DNA of 64,000 nucleotides from Polyangiaceae bacterium (lineage in GTDB: Bacteria; Myxococcota_A; Polyangia; Polyangiales; Polyangiaceae). The stretch covers positions 64,001 through 128,000 of the forward strand of contig CBDCTZ010000008.1 of the NCBI GenBank assembly GCA_965222375.1, in the 5' to 3' direction. Shown piece after piece: positions 36,705-46,645 of this stretch (positions are counted from its first letter, which is position 1; each line of letters begins with the position of its first letter). The position numbers and the translations under genes are program-made. The notes below the pieces were generated by a model. That model was not told the origin of the DNA. It saw nothing but the letters and a program-made list of their open reading frames with translations, and ran no database searches.

Positions 36705-38318
36705 ATGTTTCGCGTTCCCCAGCCCCAAAACGAACCCGTACTGAGCTTTCGCCCTGGGAGCCCCGAACGCACTGCCCTCGAGGCGCAGGTCGCGGACCTG
36801 AGCCGCGCACCCAGCGAGGCCCCACTTTGGATCGGTGGACGCGCCATCTCGACCAAGCAAACGCGCAAGGCGACCTGCCCGCATCGCCACGCGCAGACCC
36901 TCGTGAGCCACTCCGAAGCCGGCCAAGCCGAGGTCAGCGCGGCCATCGACGCCGCGCGCAAGGCTCGACACGGCTGGGCGGAGATGTCCTTCCATGCTCG
37001 CGCTGCGGTTTTCTTACGCGCGGCGGAGCTCCTCGCTGGACCTTGGCGCCAGCGAGTCAACGCGGCAACGGTGCTCAACCAGAGCAAGACGCCCCATCAG
37101 GCCGAGATCGACGCTGCTTGTGAGTTGATCGACTTCTTTCGCTTCAACGCCCACTTCGCCGAGCAGCTCGCGGACGCCCAGCCCCGCTCAGATCGCGGGA
37201 TCTGGAATCAGAGCGAACTGCGCCCGCTGGACGGCTTCGTCTACGCCGTCTCGCCCTTCAACTTCACTAGCATCGCGGCAAATCTGCCTGCAGCTCCCGC
37301 GATCATGGGCAACACCGTGATTTGGAAACCGTCCCCCCACGCGGTACTGGCCGCCCACGTTTTGATGGAGCTCTTCATCGAGGCCGGCGTGCCTGCCGGA
37401 GTGATCAACCTCGTGTACGGAGACGCAGCCGCGATCACCGACCAGCTCCTGACTCAGGAGGACTTTGCGGGCCTCCACTTCACGGGGTCCACGGCAGTGC
37501 TCAAGCAGTTGTTCTCGAAGGTGGGGGACAACATCGAGCGCTATCGCGGGTATCCGCGCATCGTTGGAGAGAGCGGCGGCAAGGACTTCATCGTCGCGCA
37601 CCCCAGCGCCGATCCGGAAGCCCTGTGCGTGGCGGCGCTTCGGGGCGCGTATGAATTCCAAGGCCAGAAGTGCTCTGCCGCTTCGCGCATGTACGTTCCG
37701 AAGAGCCTCTGGAAGGGCCTCGAGGCGCGTCTGACGGCCGAAATGAAACAGCTGCGGATGGGAGATCCGATGGAGACGGGCGTTTTTCTGGGAGCGGTCA
37801 TCGGCAAGCATGCCTTCGACCGACTCCAGAGCTACCAGCAGCTGGCCAAGACCGATGCGAAGTGTCGCGTCGTCGCTGGCGGCGGCGCCGACGAGTCCGT
37901 CGGCTACTTCGTAGACCCCACACTGGTGGTCACGGAAGATCCGAAGCACCGCCTGATGCAGGAAGAGATTTTTGGCCCTCTGCTCACCGTGTTCGTCTAC
38001 GAAGACTCCAAATTCGAGGAAACCCTCGCGACCTGCGACAGCACCAGCCCCTATGCTCTCACTGGTGCGATCTTCGCCCGGGACCGCGCCGCCGTGGAGC
38101 TAGCCAGCGCACGTTTGCGCTTCGCCGCCGGCAACTTCTACATCAACGACAAGCCCACGGGCGCCGTCGTCGGCCAGCAGCCCTTTGGCGGCGGTCGCGC
38201 CTCAGGCACCAACGACAAAGCCGGCGCCGCCTGGAACCTGATGCGCTGGGCCTCCCCCCGCTCGATCAAAGAAAATCTCGCCCCACCCACGGACTGGCGC
38301 TACCCCTTCCTCGGCTGA
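36705..38318 (+). CDS. pruA: L-glutamate gamma-semialdehyde (P5C) dehydrogenase
   Basis: QAEIDAACELIDF, SPFNFT, FTGST, ESGGK, QGQKCSA, EEIFGP, GNFYINDKPTGAVVGQQPFGG motifs. Confidence 0.95.
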   Translation: MFRVPQPQNEPVLSFRPGSPERTALEAQVADLSRAPSEAPLWIGGRAISTKQTRKATCPHRHAQTLVSHSEAGQAEVSAAIDAARKARHGWAEMSFHARAAVFLRAAELLAGPWRQRVNAATVLNQSKTPHQAEIDAACELIDFFRFNAHFAEQLADAQPRSDRGIWNQSELRPLDGFVYAVSPFNFTSIAANLPAAPAIMGNTVIWKPSPHAVLAAHVLMELFIEAGVPAGVINLVYGDAAAITDQLLTQEDFAGLHFTGSTAVLKQLFSKVGDNIERYRGYPRIVGESGGKDFIVAHPSADPEALCVAALRGAYEFQGQKCSAASRMYVPKSLWKGLEARLTAEMKQLRMGDPMETGVFLGAVIGKHAFDRLQSYQQLAKTDAKCRVVAGGGADESVGYFVDPTLVVTEDPKHRLMQEEIFGPLLTVFVYEDSKFEETLATCDSTSPYALTGAIFARDRAAVELASARLRFAAGNFYINDKPTGAVVGQQPFGGGRASGTNDKAGAAWNLMRWASPRSIKENLAPPTDWRYPFLG

Positions 38319-38321
38319 AGG

Positions 38322-38789
38322 CTACTTCTCAAAGCAATACAAGTGCGCAACGCCTGTGCAAGCTTTTGGTGTGCTGGCTGTCCATAGGCTGGTGGACCCG
38401 GGCACGCCGACAGTTCCTTTCGCAGCGGTGGACTTCCAGCTGTTGCAATGCGGCGCAAGGAGTTTTCCGAAGCCATCCGTGGCCGTCCACGCGTTTCCAG
38501 CCGGGACGACCACACCGGTTTCGTCCACGTCGATTGGACTTTGCGGGAAGTTGCCATTGGCGATGTCGCTTGCGGACTTGAAGACGACTTTGCCGTCGAG
38601 CTCCTTCCACGGCCCCTTCACCCCGAGAAGCCCGTCTATCGCGTTGGACGCGCCTGTGGAGATCCAGGCATGCCACTTCCTTCCGGCGGTCAGCCCAGAG
38701 GCGTCGGCTGCGGTCTTGCACAGGGCGTTTGCCGCTGCCTCGGCGTCAGCGCCTGACGCGAAATTGCCAGGGTAGTTCTTGGCCGTCAC
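38322..38789 (-). CDS. DUF1554/endostatin-like domain protein
   Basis: GN..G...ANALC, WHAWIS, AWT, CNSW and HLYCFE pattern; no signal peptide visible. Confidence 0.7.
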   Translation of the reverse strand: MTAKNYPGNFASGADAEAAANALCKTAADASGLTAGRKWHAWISTGASNAIDGLLGVKGPWKELDGKVVFKSASDIANGNFPQSPIDVDETGVVVPAGNAWTATDGFGKLLAPHCNSWKSTAAKGTVGVPGSTSLWTASTPKACTGVAHLYCFEK

Positions 38790-38791
38790 AA

Positions 38792-39988
38792 TCAGGTACG
38801 CAAGATGAACTGGATCTCGGTTTCGAGCACCGGCGTTCCCAGGTCCAACTCGAGCATGCGCTGGCGGACCTCGTCGCCGCGATAGCCGAAGGCGCTGCCG
38901 CGCACGTCCCTGACCCGCTCGACCTGACCATCGGCGCGGGTCAACTCGAACCAGCGCCCGTCGGCCTCCTCGAGCACCCGCGCAGCCGAATACTGCGAGT
39001 AGCTGTAGCCGCCTCCGTGGGGCAACAGATTGACCCGGCGGAGGCGATCCAGCAGCCCTAGACGCTGCGCGCGCTCCCCGAAGCCGGTGGCCTCGAGGGC
39101 CGCGTCGGACATGCTGGGCGTGGGTTCGACCAGATAAGCGGGCAGCTCCGGACCTAGGGTGAGCGGAAAGAGCTGCCCACGCTGCAGGTCGTCGTCATCG
39201 AAGCAGTAGCAGCCCAAGATGGCGTCGTTCATCACCGAGAGCCCCTGATGGGTTCGGTTGCAGATCACCGTCAGCGGCCCCAGCAGCGCGCGAGCCAGCG
39301 CCTCGCGCCGCTTCAAGCTGAACTCCTGGCACCAGCTGTAGGCGGCGAACCACTCTTTGGCCGTGTCGCCGCGGAGGATGTGCAGAGGACCCCAAGGCGT
39401 CTCTCGAGTCTCCATCATGGCCTGCAAGCGTTCGCTTTGGTCCCAGTAGATGCCGGGACCCTTGGGAGATGTCTCGCGAAACTCGTGTCCGCTCGAGTGA
39501 ATGATTGACAGCATTTCCGAGCCGACGTCCACGGATGGATCTTTCGAACGCACGGCACACAAGTCCAAAAAGTGGTTTCCCTCCCCAAGATCGAAATCGA
39601 TCTCCACGCCCTCCAGCTCCATGGGCGTTTCCATCAGCGCCTTGGAGCGGGCTTCGATCTCGGCAACAGGCGGAGGGTCGTGCAGTGCCACGGCGATCAT
39701 GCCGCAATGGTTGCTCTTGATGTCCAACACCGCGAAGTCACCAGTCCACTGGACTCGTCCGCCGTAGCCGAAGCCCTGGTTCCAGCGGTTCTTGTTGCGG
39801 GTCACCGTGGCGTCCGGCGCGCCGACGAAGCTGGCATCCTGGGGTAGGCCCAGCTGACCCTGAACGTGCTGAATCTTCGCGATTCCATAGGGCATGTTCA
39901 GGGCGCACAGGGCTTCGCCCACGTCGCCCACGCCCGAAAGAAAGCAATGATCCCGGGCCCGCTGCAGGGCTGGGTCGGAACTGGTCAT
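38792..39988 (-). CDS. divergent RtcB-family RNA ligase-like protein
   Basis: Ordered motifs PDA, DIKSNHCG, GEGNHF, IHSSG, THQG and PHGGG correspond to RtcB metal/GMP residues. Confidence 0.7.
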   Translation of the reverse strand: MTSSDPALQRARDHCFLSGVGDVGEALCALNMPYGIAKIQHVQGQLGLPQDASFVGAPDATVTRNKNRWNQGFGYGGRVQWTGDFAVLDIKSNHCGMIAVALHDPPPVAEIEARSKALMETPMELEGVEIDFDLGEGNHFLDLCAVRSKDPSVDVGSEMLSIIHSSGHEFRETSPKGPGIYWDQSERLQAMMETRETPWGPLHILRGDTAKEWFAAYSWCQEFSLKRREALARALLGPLTVICNRTHQGLSVMNDAILGCYCFDDDDLQRGQLFPLTLGPELPAYLVEPTPSMSDAALEATGFGERAQRLGLLDRLRRVNLLPHGGGYSYSQYSAARVLEEADGRWFELTRADGQVERVRDVRGSAFGYRGDEVRQRMLELDLGTPVLETEIQFILRT

Positions 39989-40113
39989 GAGGTGACGCAA
40001 CGTAACAAACGCAACCAGCCCCCGCCAGTCCGGGGCGATCCGGACCAGCGGGGGCCACTTGCCGGAGGACGGACAACACGAGTCATCCATCACACCCGGA
40101 GGGGGAGCTGGGC

Positions 40114-41142
40114 TCAGCCAGGCTCCCCGAATACACAGGCGCTGGGCTCGCCCTCTGGGATCTCCCAAGTCACGTTGTGGCTGTAGCCGATGTAGACGGA
40201 CTGGAATTTGTTGTCCCAGCACTCGGTGGCTTTGATGGTTCCAATCTCCACCGGCACATCGCCGTCCGTGATTGTGATGTCGGAGCGCCCCGCGCCGGTC
40301 GTCTTCCAGCGACTACGAACGCTGATGTTCTCTGGCGCCGTGTTGTTTTCGTCCTCGACGTCCGCGAAGGCCGTGACGTTCAGCGTGCCCGAGCCGTCCT
40401 CTTCGGTCGTGGAGGCAGCAGACCAGTTCTCCGCGGTATGCGAGGGCTTCACGGTGGCCTTGACCACGCGGCGACCCTTGAACAGATCTTGCGTGATGGT
40501 GGGTGGCAGATCGTGCTCGATGGTCACTACGCCCGTGTCGTCCGGGTCGTGACCGAAGGGATCGAGCCCCTGAGCCGCATCCAGGTCGATCGAGAACTGC
40601 CCGTCCCCGTGTTTTTCGTGGCCACGGCCCCAACCCTTACCAGACAGAATCGCGATGTACTGCCCACTGTCACCGGCAGACTTGGGCTTGCCTTCCAAGA
40701 CGTAGTCATACTCCCGGGGGCCCACTTCCGTCACTCGGAAGCGATAGATGACCGGCTCCAGGGCGTCCGACCACGGTCCCCACACGGCTTCGTCTTCGGA
40801 GACACTGGTGGGTCGCGTGTTGACGATGATCCAGACGCTGCCCAGAACGCTGGCCGAGACCTTGTTCACGCCGTGACGAACGTGGCGCGTGAAACCGTAC
40901 CAGTACGCCCAGGGTCCGTTGGCCCAAGGTTCATCATTGGACTGCGCGCTCGAAAGCCCGTCGTAGGACTGAGTGCCCGAAGCTTGGCTCTGCTGCACAC
41001 TCTCCGGCCCGCTCACCACGATCGCTTCTGACTGCGGGATGGCCTCCCTGAACCTAGACGCATCGCTTTCTGGTCCAAGCACGCAGCCCGTCGCCGCCGT
41101 CGTCATCACTGCTCCCAAAACCAACATCGCGCCCGCTCTCAT
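40114..41142 (-). CDS. hypothetical lipoprotein
   Basis: Lipobox ATGC; VWGPW and RSRW...GAGRSD...ECWD segments. Confidence 0.78.
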   Translation of the reverse strand: MRAGAMLVLGAVMTTAATGCVLGPESDASRFREAIPQSEAIVVSGPESVQQSQASGTQSYDGLSSAQSNDEPWANGPWAYWYGFTRHVRHGVNKVSASVLGSVWIIVNTRPTSVSEDEAVWGPWSDALEPVIYRFRVTEVGPREYDYVLEGKPKSAGDSGQYIAILSGKGWGRGHEKHGDGQFSIDLDAAQGLDPFGHDPDDTGVVTIEHDLPPTITQDLFKGRRVVKATVKPSHTAENWSAASTTEEDGSGTLNVTAFADVEDENNTAPENISVRSRWKTTGAGRSDITITDGDVPVEIGTIKATECWDNKFQSVYIGYSHNVTWEIPEGEPSACVFGEPG

Positions 41143-41335
41143 GACTTCATCTCCCGTTTGGTGGGTGTGCTGCGGGCTCATTCAAGAGTCGCGCCAAACC
41201 GAAGGAGCGCGGATTTCAGGGTTTTCGCCCGAGGCGTGGACTGGCGGCTCCAGGGCAAGGCGTGAACCGGTGTTGGCATGGCCTTTCGCGCTTCTCTCGG
41301 GGATTTGGCGGCGACTGGGCTAGTCTTGGGCCCTT

Positions 41336-44300
41336 ATGCGAACCCGGCATCTCGCCGCCGACGCCCTCCTCAGCCTGACGCGCCTGCCGGACGCGATGGA
41401 CCGGAGCGCGAGCTTCCGACAGGCGGTGGCGGGATTGGGTCAAACCGTCCGCGTGGACGGGCCGCCTGCGTTGGATGGCGTGGATGTCGAGCAGCTTCGG
41501 CGCGCGGTGGCGATCGCCCTCGGCGCCGGGCTGGCCGATGAGCTGGACTGGATCGCCCCAAGCTCGTCGGCAGTGGCACTGTACGAGATGACGATATCCC
41601 TACCTGTCTGCAGTGAGCGCCGGGAACTCGGACGACGGGTGTTTTCGGCCATCTACGAAGGCAACGCGGCTACCTTCGCAGCGGTCGCATCGCGCATGGC
41701 CCTCGGCAGCGGCAAGCCCCTGGAGGCCGCCACTATGCGCGCGCGGATCGGGCTCGTGCTGGACTTGCCCGTCGGTTCCGCGGTCGACACCGGCGCACTG
41801 GCCTACAGTCTGGTCGCCCGGCGCGAGCTGGCTGAAAAGTGGGTCATTCGTCCCTCCGCGGGCGCCCTACCCCAACGTCGACTTGCGGCAAAACTGCTGG
41901 AGCACGCAGCTCGCGAAGCCGTGTACCGCGTCCAACAAGGCGACACGCTGCCACGGGACATTCTGGCGGGAGAGTTCGTGCGACCCGTGCGTCGGGCACT
42001 ACTCGCGGATCGTGAGCCTCTAGTCTGGCGCCATGCCGCCATCTCCCGCGGCTTGCTCGCCAGCGTGGACGACGCCCTCAAGAACCAAATCGAAGAGCGC
42101 CTCGACCCCAAGCTCACGCCGACGGAGTGGCGGCGCGCGGCAGTCTCCCTGGTGGCGAGCCTGGTCGGGGACCCGACGGGCGCCATGAAGTCGCTGACCA
42201 AGCTGCTCAAAAGCGACATCGTCAAACAAGATCCCGGCATGTTAGCGGCCATGGTCTGGGGCCTCCCTCCCGTGGTCGAAGCGGAGCCAGACGCCGCGGA
42301 GGAGCTGCTCGATCGTCTGAGCGCAAGCCGGCGGGCCGACGTGGCCGAGGCCGTGGCGCTGCTTTTCTCGGACGCTGCAGTGCGTATCGTCGGCGAGCGG
42401 GCGGCCGCCGTGCTCCGAGACGTGCTGGCCAAGTCCATGTCCGAACAGAGCCCCGCTTTGCTCGGCCTGACCCGCCGCTCGCTCTCGATCCTGGACCGAG
42501 AGGCCAACGCGACGCCCAGGCTGTCGGATGCAGTCAAAGCCGCGATGGTGTCCTACGAGTCCAAGGGTGCACGGCCTGCATTCGCGTTGGCGGAAGCCGC
42601 CTTGAGCCAATCGCTGAGCGTGGTGGAGCGCATCACGAAGCTCGATCCGCACTCGCCAGACTCCATCGCGGAACTGACCGAAGGCCTGTCTGACGTCGAT
42701 GCGGCGGTTTTCGAGCGAGCACGGCTGTACGACTTGCTGCTGCTCGGACGTCGCCCGGGAGAGACTGGGGCGACCGTAGAAGAGATAGAGACTCTCCACG
42801 ATGACCTGTCCGGCTACCTGCTCGATGCCGAGCAGTCTGCTGTCAGCGCACCGTGGTCGCGTTCCGGCGCCGTTGCGACCTCCCGACGCCTTCGGGCTTT
42901 ACTGCACTTGGTCGACGTTGATTCCTCCCGAAGCGACACCGAGGAAGGCGCCACGCGTGTCCGCTCGCGCTTGGTGCGCACGGTGGAAGTCCTCCTGGAC
43001 CGCATCGTTTCCGGGCCCGACGTGTCGGTCCGCAGGATCCTATGCGCCACTTTGGCTCGCAGCCTCGACGCGGCCGTTCGCGAAGGGGTCTTCGAACCCG
43101 CGGATGTGTTGCTCATCGTGGCGGACAACCTGGTGGAACGCCAAAGCGTGGAGACCCTGGCGGAAGCTTCGACGCACCCCGACGTTCGAAGTGCCACGGA
43201 CACCTACGCGCGCTTTCTAGACAAAGATGCGCAGCCAGGGCCCGAGTCTCTGCGGCACAACCTCGACTCCACGGCGCCGCCCTTGCGCCCGGAAGATGCA
43301 TCCACGGTTGCCCGGAGGGTAGCGCGCTTGGGCCGGATCTCCGCTGGGGGAACGCACCGAGCCGAGGCGCTGCGGCAGGCCCTGTTGCGCCTGGGCCGGG
43401 CCCTAGAAATGGTTGCAGCGGCGCGAGGCATGTCCGATCTGATCGACGCTTCGAGCGAGAGCGCCCCATTGGCTGAAATCGAGCGGGCCGCTGACGCACT
43501 ACGCCAGCTGCTGGAAGCCACCCGTCGGCGTGCCCTGGGTCGGGAAACCGCGGGTAGCATCACGATCGTGACGGATGTAGCGCCGCTATCGAGCTTGGTG
43601 GAGCGGGCGTCCTCGAGCGGCGTGCCGCCGAATCCGCAGCAGCTCACCATGGCGATCGCAGAGTTGATCGCCGACCTGCCGGATCCCGTCGCCTTGGCGA
43701 CCAAGCTGGTGCTGCTTCGATTGGGCGAACTGCCAAGCCAAGCACCAGAGGATGCAGGGCCCATCTTGTTGGGGCGGCGCCGAGCCGCGCTGCCCGATTG
43801 GCTGCTGCCTCGCCGCACCATTGGAGCCTTCTTCGTGACCCGCGCCTTGGGAACCGGCGGAGGCAGCAGTGTCTTCGTTGCCCGGCGCTTGGAGGATCGC
43901 CACGAGCCCAACGCGGAGTCTTTCGCGCTCAAGGTGCCACAGTACGATCCCACGACTGCCCGAAGCTTGTCGGAGCAAGAGTTCATGCAGTTGTTTCGTG
44001 AAGAGGCCACGGCCCTGTTGGCTTTGCCATCCCACGACAATCTCGCGCGTTTCGTGACCTTCGACTTGGCCGCACGCCCCAAGCCGATCTTGGTCATGGA
44101 GCTGATTCGCGGTGCGTCCATGGAGCGTCTGATTCGCAGCCGTAGCCTCACCGTGGAGCGCTCCTTCCAGTATTTGGACGGCATCCTGGCAGGGCTCGCC
44201 ATCATGCACGCGGAGGGCGTGGGCCACTTGGACGTCAAGCCGTCCAACGTCATTCTGCGAGACGGGGCTACGCCGGTGCTGGTGGACTTCGGATTGAGCG

Positions 44301-44713
44301 GTCGCCAGCTTCGACCCGGCTGCGGCACCCTGGAGTACTGCGCCCCGGAGGTGCTTGGCTTGGTGCCGGACGGCCACATCCCGTCACCCAGCGCGGCTGA
44401 CGTGTATGCCTTTGGCGCCTTCGCCTTCGAGCTGCTGACCGGGCGGCACCTCTTCGACGCCGAAGATGAAACCCACCTTGCCGCGCAGCATGTGGCCCAC
44501 GACGGCTGGCCCCCGCCCTTGGCTGCCCTCAGCCACAGCCGACCGGAACTGTCGGACCTCGCGGTGCTGATGGCAGCGTGTCTGCGACGGGATCCACGAG
44601 AGCGAGCCAGCGTAGGTGCCTTGCGCACGCAGTTGGCAAAGATTGCGGGCCCGCTGACGGAGCGAGCATGGCCTGTGGACGCTACTGACGGCACCACCTC
44701 TAGCCGAGGTTGA
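41336..44713 (+). CDS. Ser/Thr protein kinase with large N-terminal helical domain
   Basis: C-terminal LGTGG, ALK, HLDVKPSN, DFG, APE and DVYAFG; no TM segment. Confidence 0.9.
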   Translation: MRTRHLAADALLSLTRLPDAMDRSASFRQAVAGLGQTVRVDGPPALDGVDVEQLRRAVAIALGAGLADELDWIAPSSSAVALYEMTISLPVCSERRELGRRVFSAIYEGNAATFAAVASRMALGSGKPLEAATMRARIGLVLDLPVGSAVDTGALAYSLVARRELAEKWVIRPSAGALPQRRLAAKLLEHAAREAVYRVQQGDTLPRDILAGEFVRPVRRALLADREPLVWRHAAISRGLLASVDDALKNQIEERLDPKLTPTEWRRAAVSLVASLVGDPTGAMKSLTKLLKSDIVKQDPGMLAAMVWGLPPVVEAEPDAAEELLDRLSASRRADVAEAVALLFSDAAVRIVGERAAAVLRDVLAKSMSEQSPALLGLTRRSLSILDREANATPRLSDAVKAAMVSYESKGARPAFALAEAALSQSLSVVERITKLDPHSPDSIAELTEGLSDVDAAVFERARLYDLLLLGRRPGETGATVEEIETLHDDLSGYLLDAEQSAVSAPWSRSGAVATSRRLRALLHLVDVDSSRSDTEEGATRVRSRLVRTVEVLLDRIVSGPDVSVRRILCATLARSLDAAVREGVFEPADVLLIVADNLVERQSVETLAEASTHPDVRSATDTYARFLDKDAQPGPESLRHNLDSTAPPLRPEDASTVARRVARLGRISAGGTHRAEALRQALLRLGRALEMVAAARGMSDLIDASSESAPLAEIERAADALRQLLEATRRRALGRETAGSITIVTDVAPLSSLVERASSSGVPPNPQQLTMAIAELIADLPDPVALATKLVLLRLGELPSQAPEDAGPILLGRRRAALPDWLLPRRTIGAFFVTRALGTGGGSSVFVARRLEDRHEPNAESFALKVPQYDPTTARSLSEQEFMQLFREEATALLALPSHDNLARFVTFDLAARPKPILVMELIRGASMERLIRSRSLTVERSFQYLDGILAGLAIMHAEGVGHLDVKPSNVILRDGATPVLVDFGLSGRQLRPGCGTLEYCAPEVLGLVPDGHIPSPSAADVYAFGAFAFELLTGRHLFDAEDETHLAAQHVAHDGWPPPLAALSHSRPELSDLAVLMAACLRRDPRERASVGALRTQLAKIAGPLTERAWPVDATDGTTSSRG

Positions 44714-44717
44714 CGCC

Positions 44718-45302
44718 GTGGATCGCACCTACCGTCTATGCCGAGGATCCTTCGCCGCCATCGTGGCCGCATTGCTGACAATCCCCGTGGGCTGTAGCTG
44801 CGAGGAGGAATCTAGCGCCGCCATCATCATCAGCTCTGGCACGGGCACCACGACGCCACGTTCGTTTTCTCCGCGCACGGCACTGGTGGAGTACGTCGAG
44901 GTTCCCGGCGTCAAGAATGAGCTCATCATCACCCTGGCCAGCGATTCGGTGCCCTGCGGGGAGTTCCGCCCCGCCGCCCGCGACGCGGTTCGCGTCAGCG
45001 TGACCTTGGTACTGCCCCCAGACGCAGTGCCTGAAGCCTCGAGCTACTCGGCGGCCGCAGCCGGCGGCGATTCGAGCAGCCGGCCTTCACGCGTGATCAC
45101 CACGCTACGCACCGGCGCCAAGAGCCGCGTTTTGCCGCCGGGCGGCTATGTCGAGCTCCGCCAGGTGGATCTGAGCCTCGGAGGCCAGGTGAGCGGGATC
45201 CTCGCGCTCGAGTTCGCGGGTACCGCCGAGCTGCCGCCTGCCGCGGTGCGTGGTCGGTTCACGGGCAAGATCTGCCGTCTGGATCGCCGGAGCGCTCCTT
45301 GA
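44718..45302 (+). CDS. hypothetical lipoprotein
   Basis: Signal peptide ending PVGC. Confidence 0.68.
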   Translation: MDRTYRLCRGSFAAIVAALLTIPVGCSCEEESSAAIIISSGTGTTTPRSFSPRTALVEYVEVPGVKNELIITLASDSVPCGEFRPAARDAVRVSVTLVLPPDAVPEASSYSAAAAGGDSSSRPSRVITTLRTGAKSRVLPPGGYVELRQVDLSLGGQVSGILALEFAGTAELPPAAVRGRFTGKICRLDRRSAP

Positions 45303-46534
45303 GTTGGTTTTCGCTGCATCGGCGTGACCTGCCCATGGTGAGGCGCCTCGGTGGTGTCATCGCGTGCGCCAATCTGGCCGAGGTCGTCGCGGAGGGGGCG
45401 GTCACTGCCGCCTTCCTCGCCCGGGTGGGTGCCCAGGGGCTGCCGATGGCGATTGCGCTTCGCGCCGTTGTCGAAATCACCACGGCGCTGAGCTACGATC
45501 GGATGACCCGCAATGTCACGCCGCTGCGGACCCTGCAGATCACCCAGCTCCTGTCCGCGGCAGTCCTCGCAAGCTCAGCCTTCGCCCTAGGCGAGGCTTG
45601 GAGCGCCTACGCGGTATTCGTCGTGGTCAGTTCCCTGGCTCGTTTGCGCGTGATTCACTTTGGCGTGCTGGCCTTGGGGCACCTCGGCAGCGCTGCTCCG
45701 CGTGCGTTGCCCGTCGTATACGCCTGCGGCCGAGGCGGCGCGATTCTAGCCGGCCCGCTGCTGGCGGGATCCGCGGGCATTGGCTTGGCTCCGCTGATGG
45801 CCGTGGCCGCCCTGAGCCAATTCGTGGGCTTGTTGTGGCTGAAGCGAGGTGCCGCGCAGGGCGCTCCTCCAAGTACCTCGCGGGCGGCGCTGCAAGACGA
45901 AGACGCTCCGCCGTCAGCACTGCCCCAGACCACCGCTCGCTTGGCCGGGGATCACTTGGTCTATGCCATCTTGGCCGGAACCGTAGCCCTCGCCTTGGGG
46001 CGGGTTTCGCTGACGACCCAGAGCGGGGCAATCCTGGAAGCCAACTTCGACGAGCAAGCGTTAACCCGAGTTTTCGGGATCTACTTCGCCGTCGCCAATG
46101 TAGTTGCCCTGGCCTTGCAGTTGGGCTGGGTGGGACGCGTGCTGAGTCGGGGCGCTCTGCCTCTTCTGAATTCGGGTTGGGCGTTTTTCTACGTGGTGGC
46201 TCAGGCGGGTCTGGTCTGGCTGCCTCCGACGGTGCCCCTCGCCTTGGGGGCGCGCAGCGTCGAAGGCGAGTTGCGCAACGCCGTCAGAACGCCCGTGGCC
46301 AACCTGCTCTACGATGTCCTGCCAGTGAGCCAGCAACCCAGGAGCCGCACCCTCGTGATCGGCGTGGCACTTCCCGCTGCCACGTTTTTGGGAGGCCTGT
46401 CGCTGACGCTGCTTGGCCCCACTTCTGAGCGCCTTGGGATCCTGGGAGTGAGCGCCGCGCTGATCTTGCTGGCCACGACTCTGGTGCAAAACCGACTCTG
46501 GAGCCGCGCGAACGTTGACATGGCGACTAAATAG
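45299..46534 (+). CDS. MFS/Npt1-like multi-pass membrane protein
   Basis: About 12 hydrophobic segments in two halves; start may be ATG 45335. Confidence 0.7.
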   Translation: MSWFSLHRRDLPMVRRLGGVIACANLAEVVAEGAVTAAFLARVGAQGLPMAIALRAVVEITTALSYDRMTRNVTPLRTLQITQLLSAAVLASSAFALGEAWSAYAVFVVVSSLARLRVIHFGVLALGHLGSAAPRALPVVYACGRGGAILAGPLLAGSAGIGLAPLMAVAALSQFVGLLWLKRGAAQGAPPSTSRAALQDEDAPPSALPQTTARLAGDHLVYAILAGTVALALGRVSLTTQSGAILEANFDEQALTRVFGIYFAVANVVALALQLGWVGRVLSRGALPLLNSGWAFFYVVAQAGLVWLPPTVPLALGARSVEGELRNAVRTPVANLLYDVLPVSQQPRSRTLVIGVALPAATFLGGLSLTLLGPTSERLGILGVSAALILLATTLVQNRLWSRANVDMATK

Positions 46535-46645
46535 TTAATAATTTTCAATATTTATATATACGCATCAAGCCGCGCAAGGGCTGCCGCGGCGACGGCCGCT
46601 CTGGTTGAAACAGGGGTGCATTCAGCCTAACGTCGCGACCCGACG

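Noticed and set aside
43204..44781. 525-aa minus-strand ORF
   Set aside because: Antisense shadow of the kinase gene.
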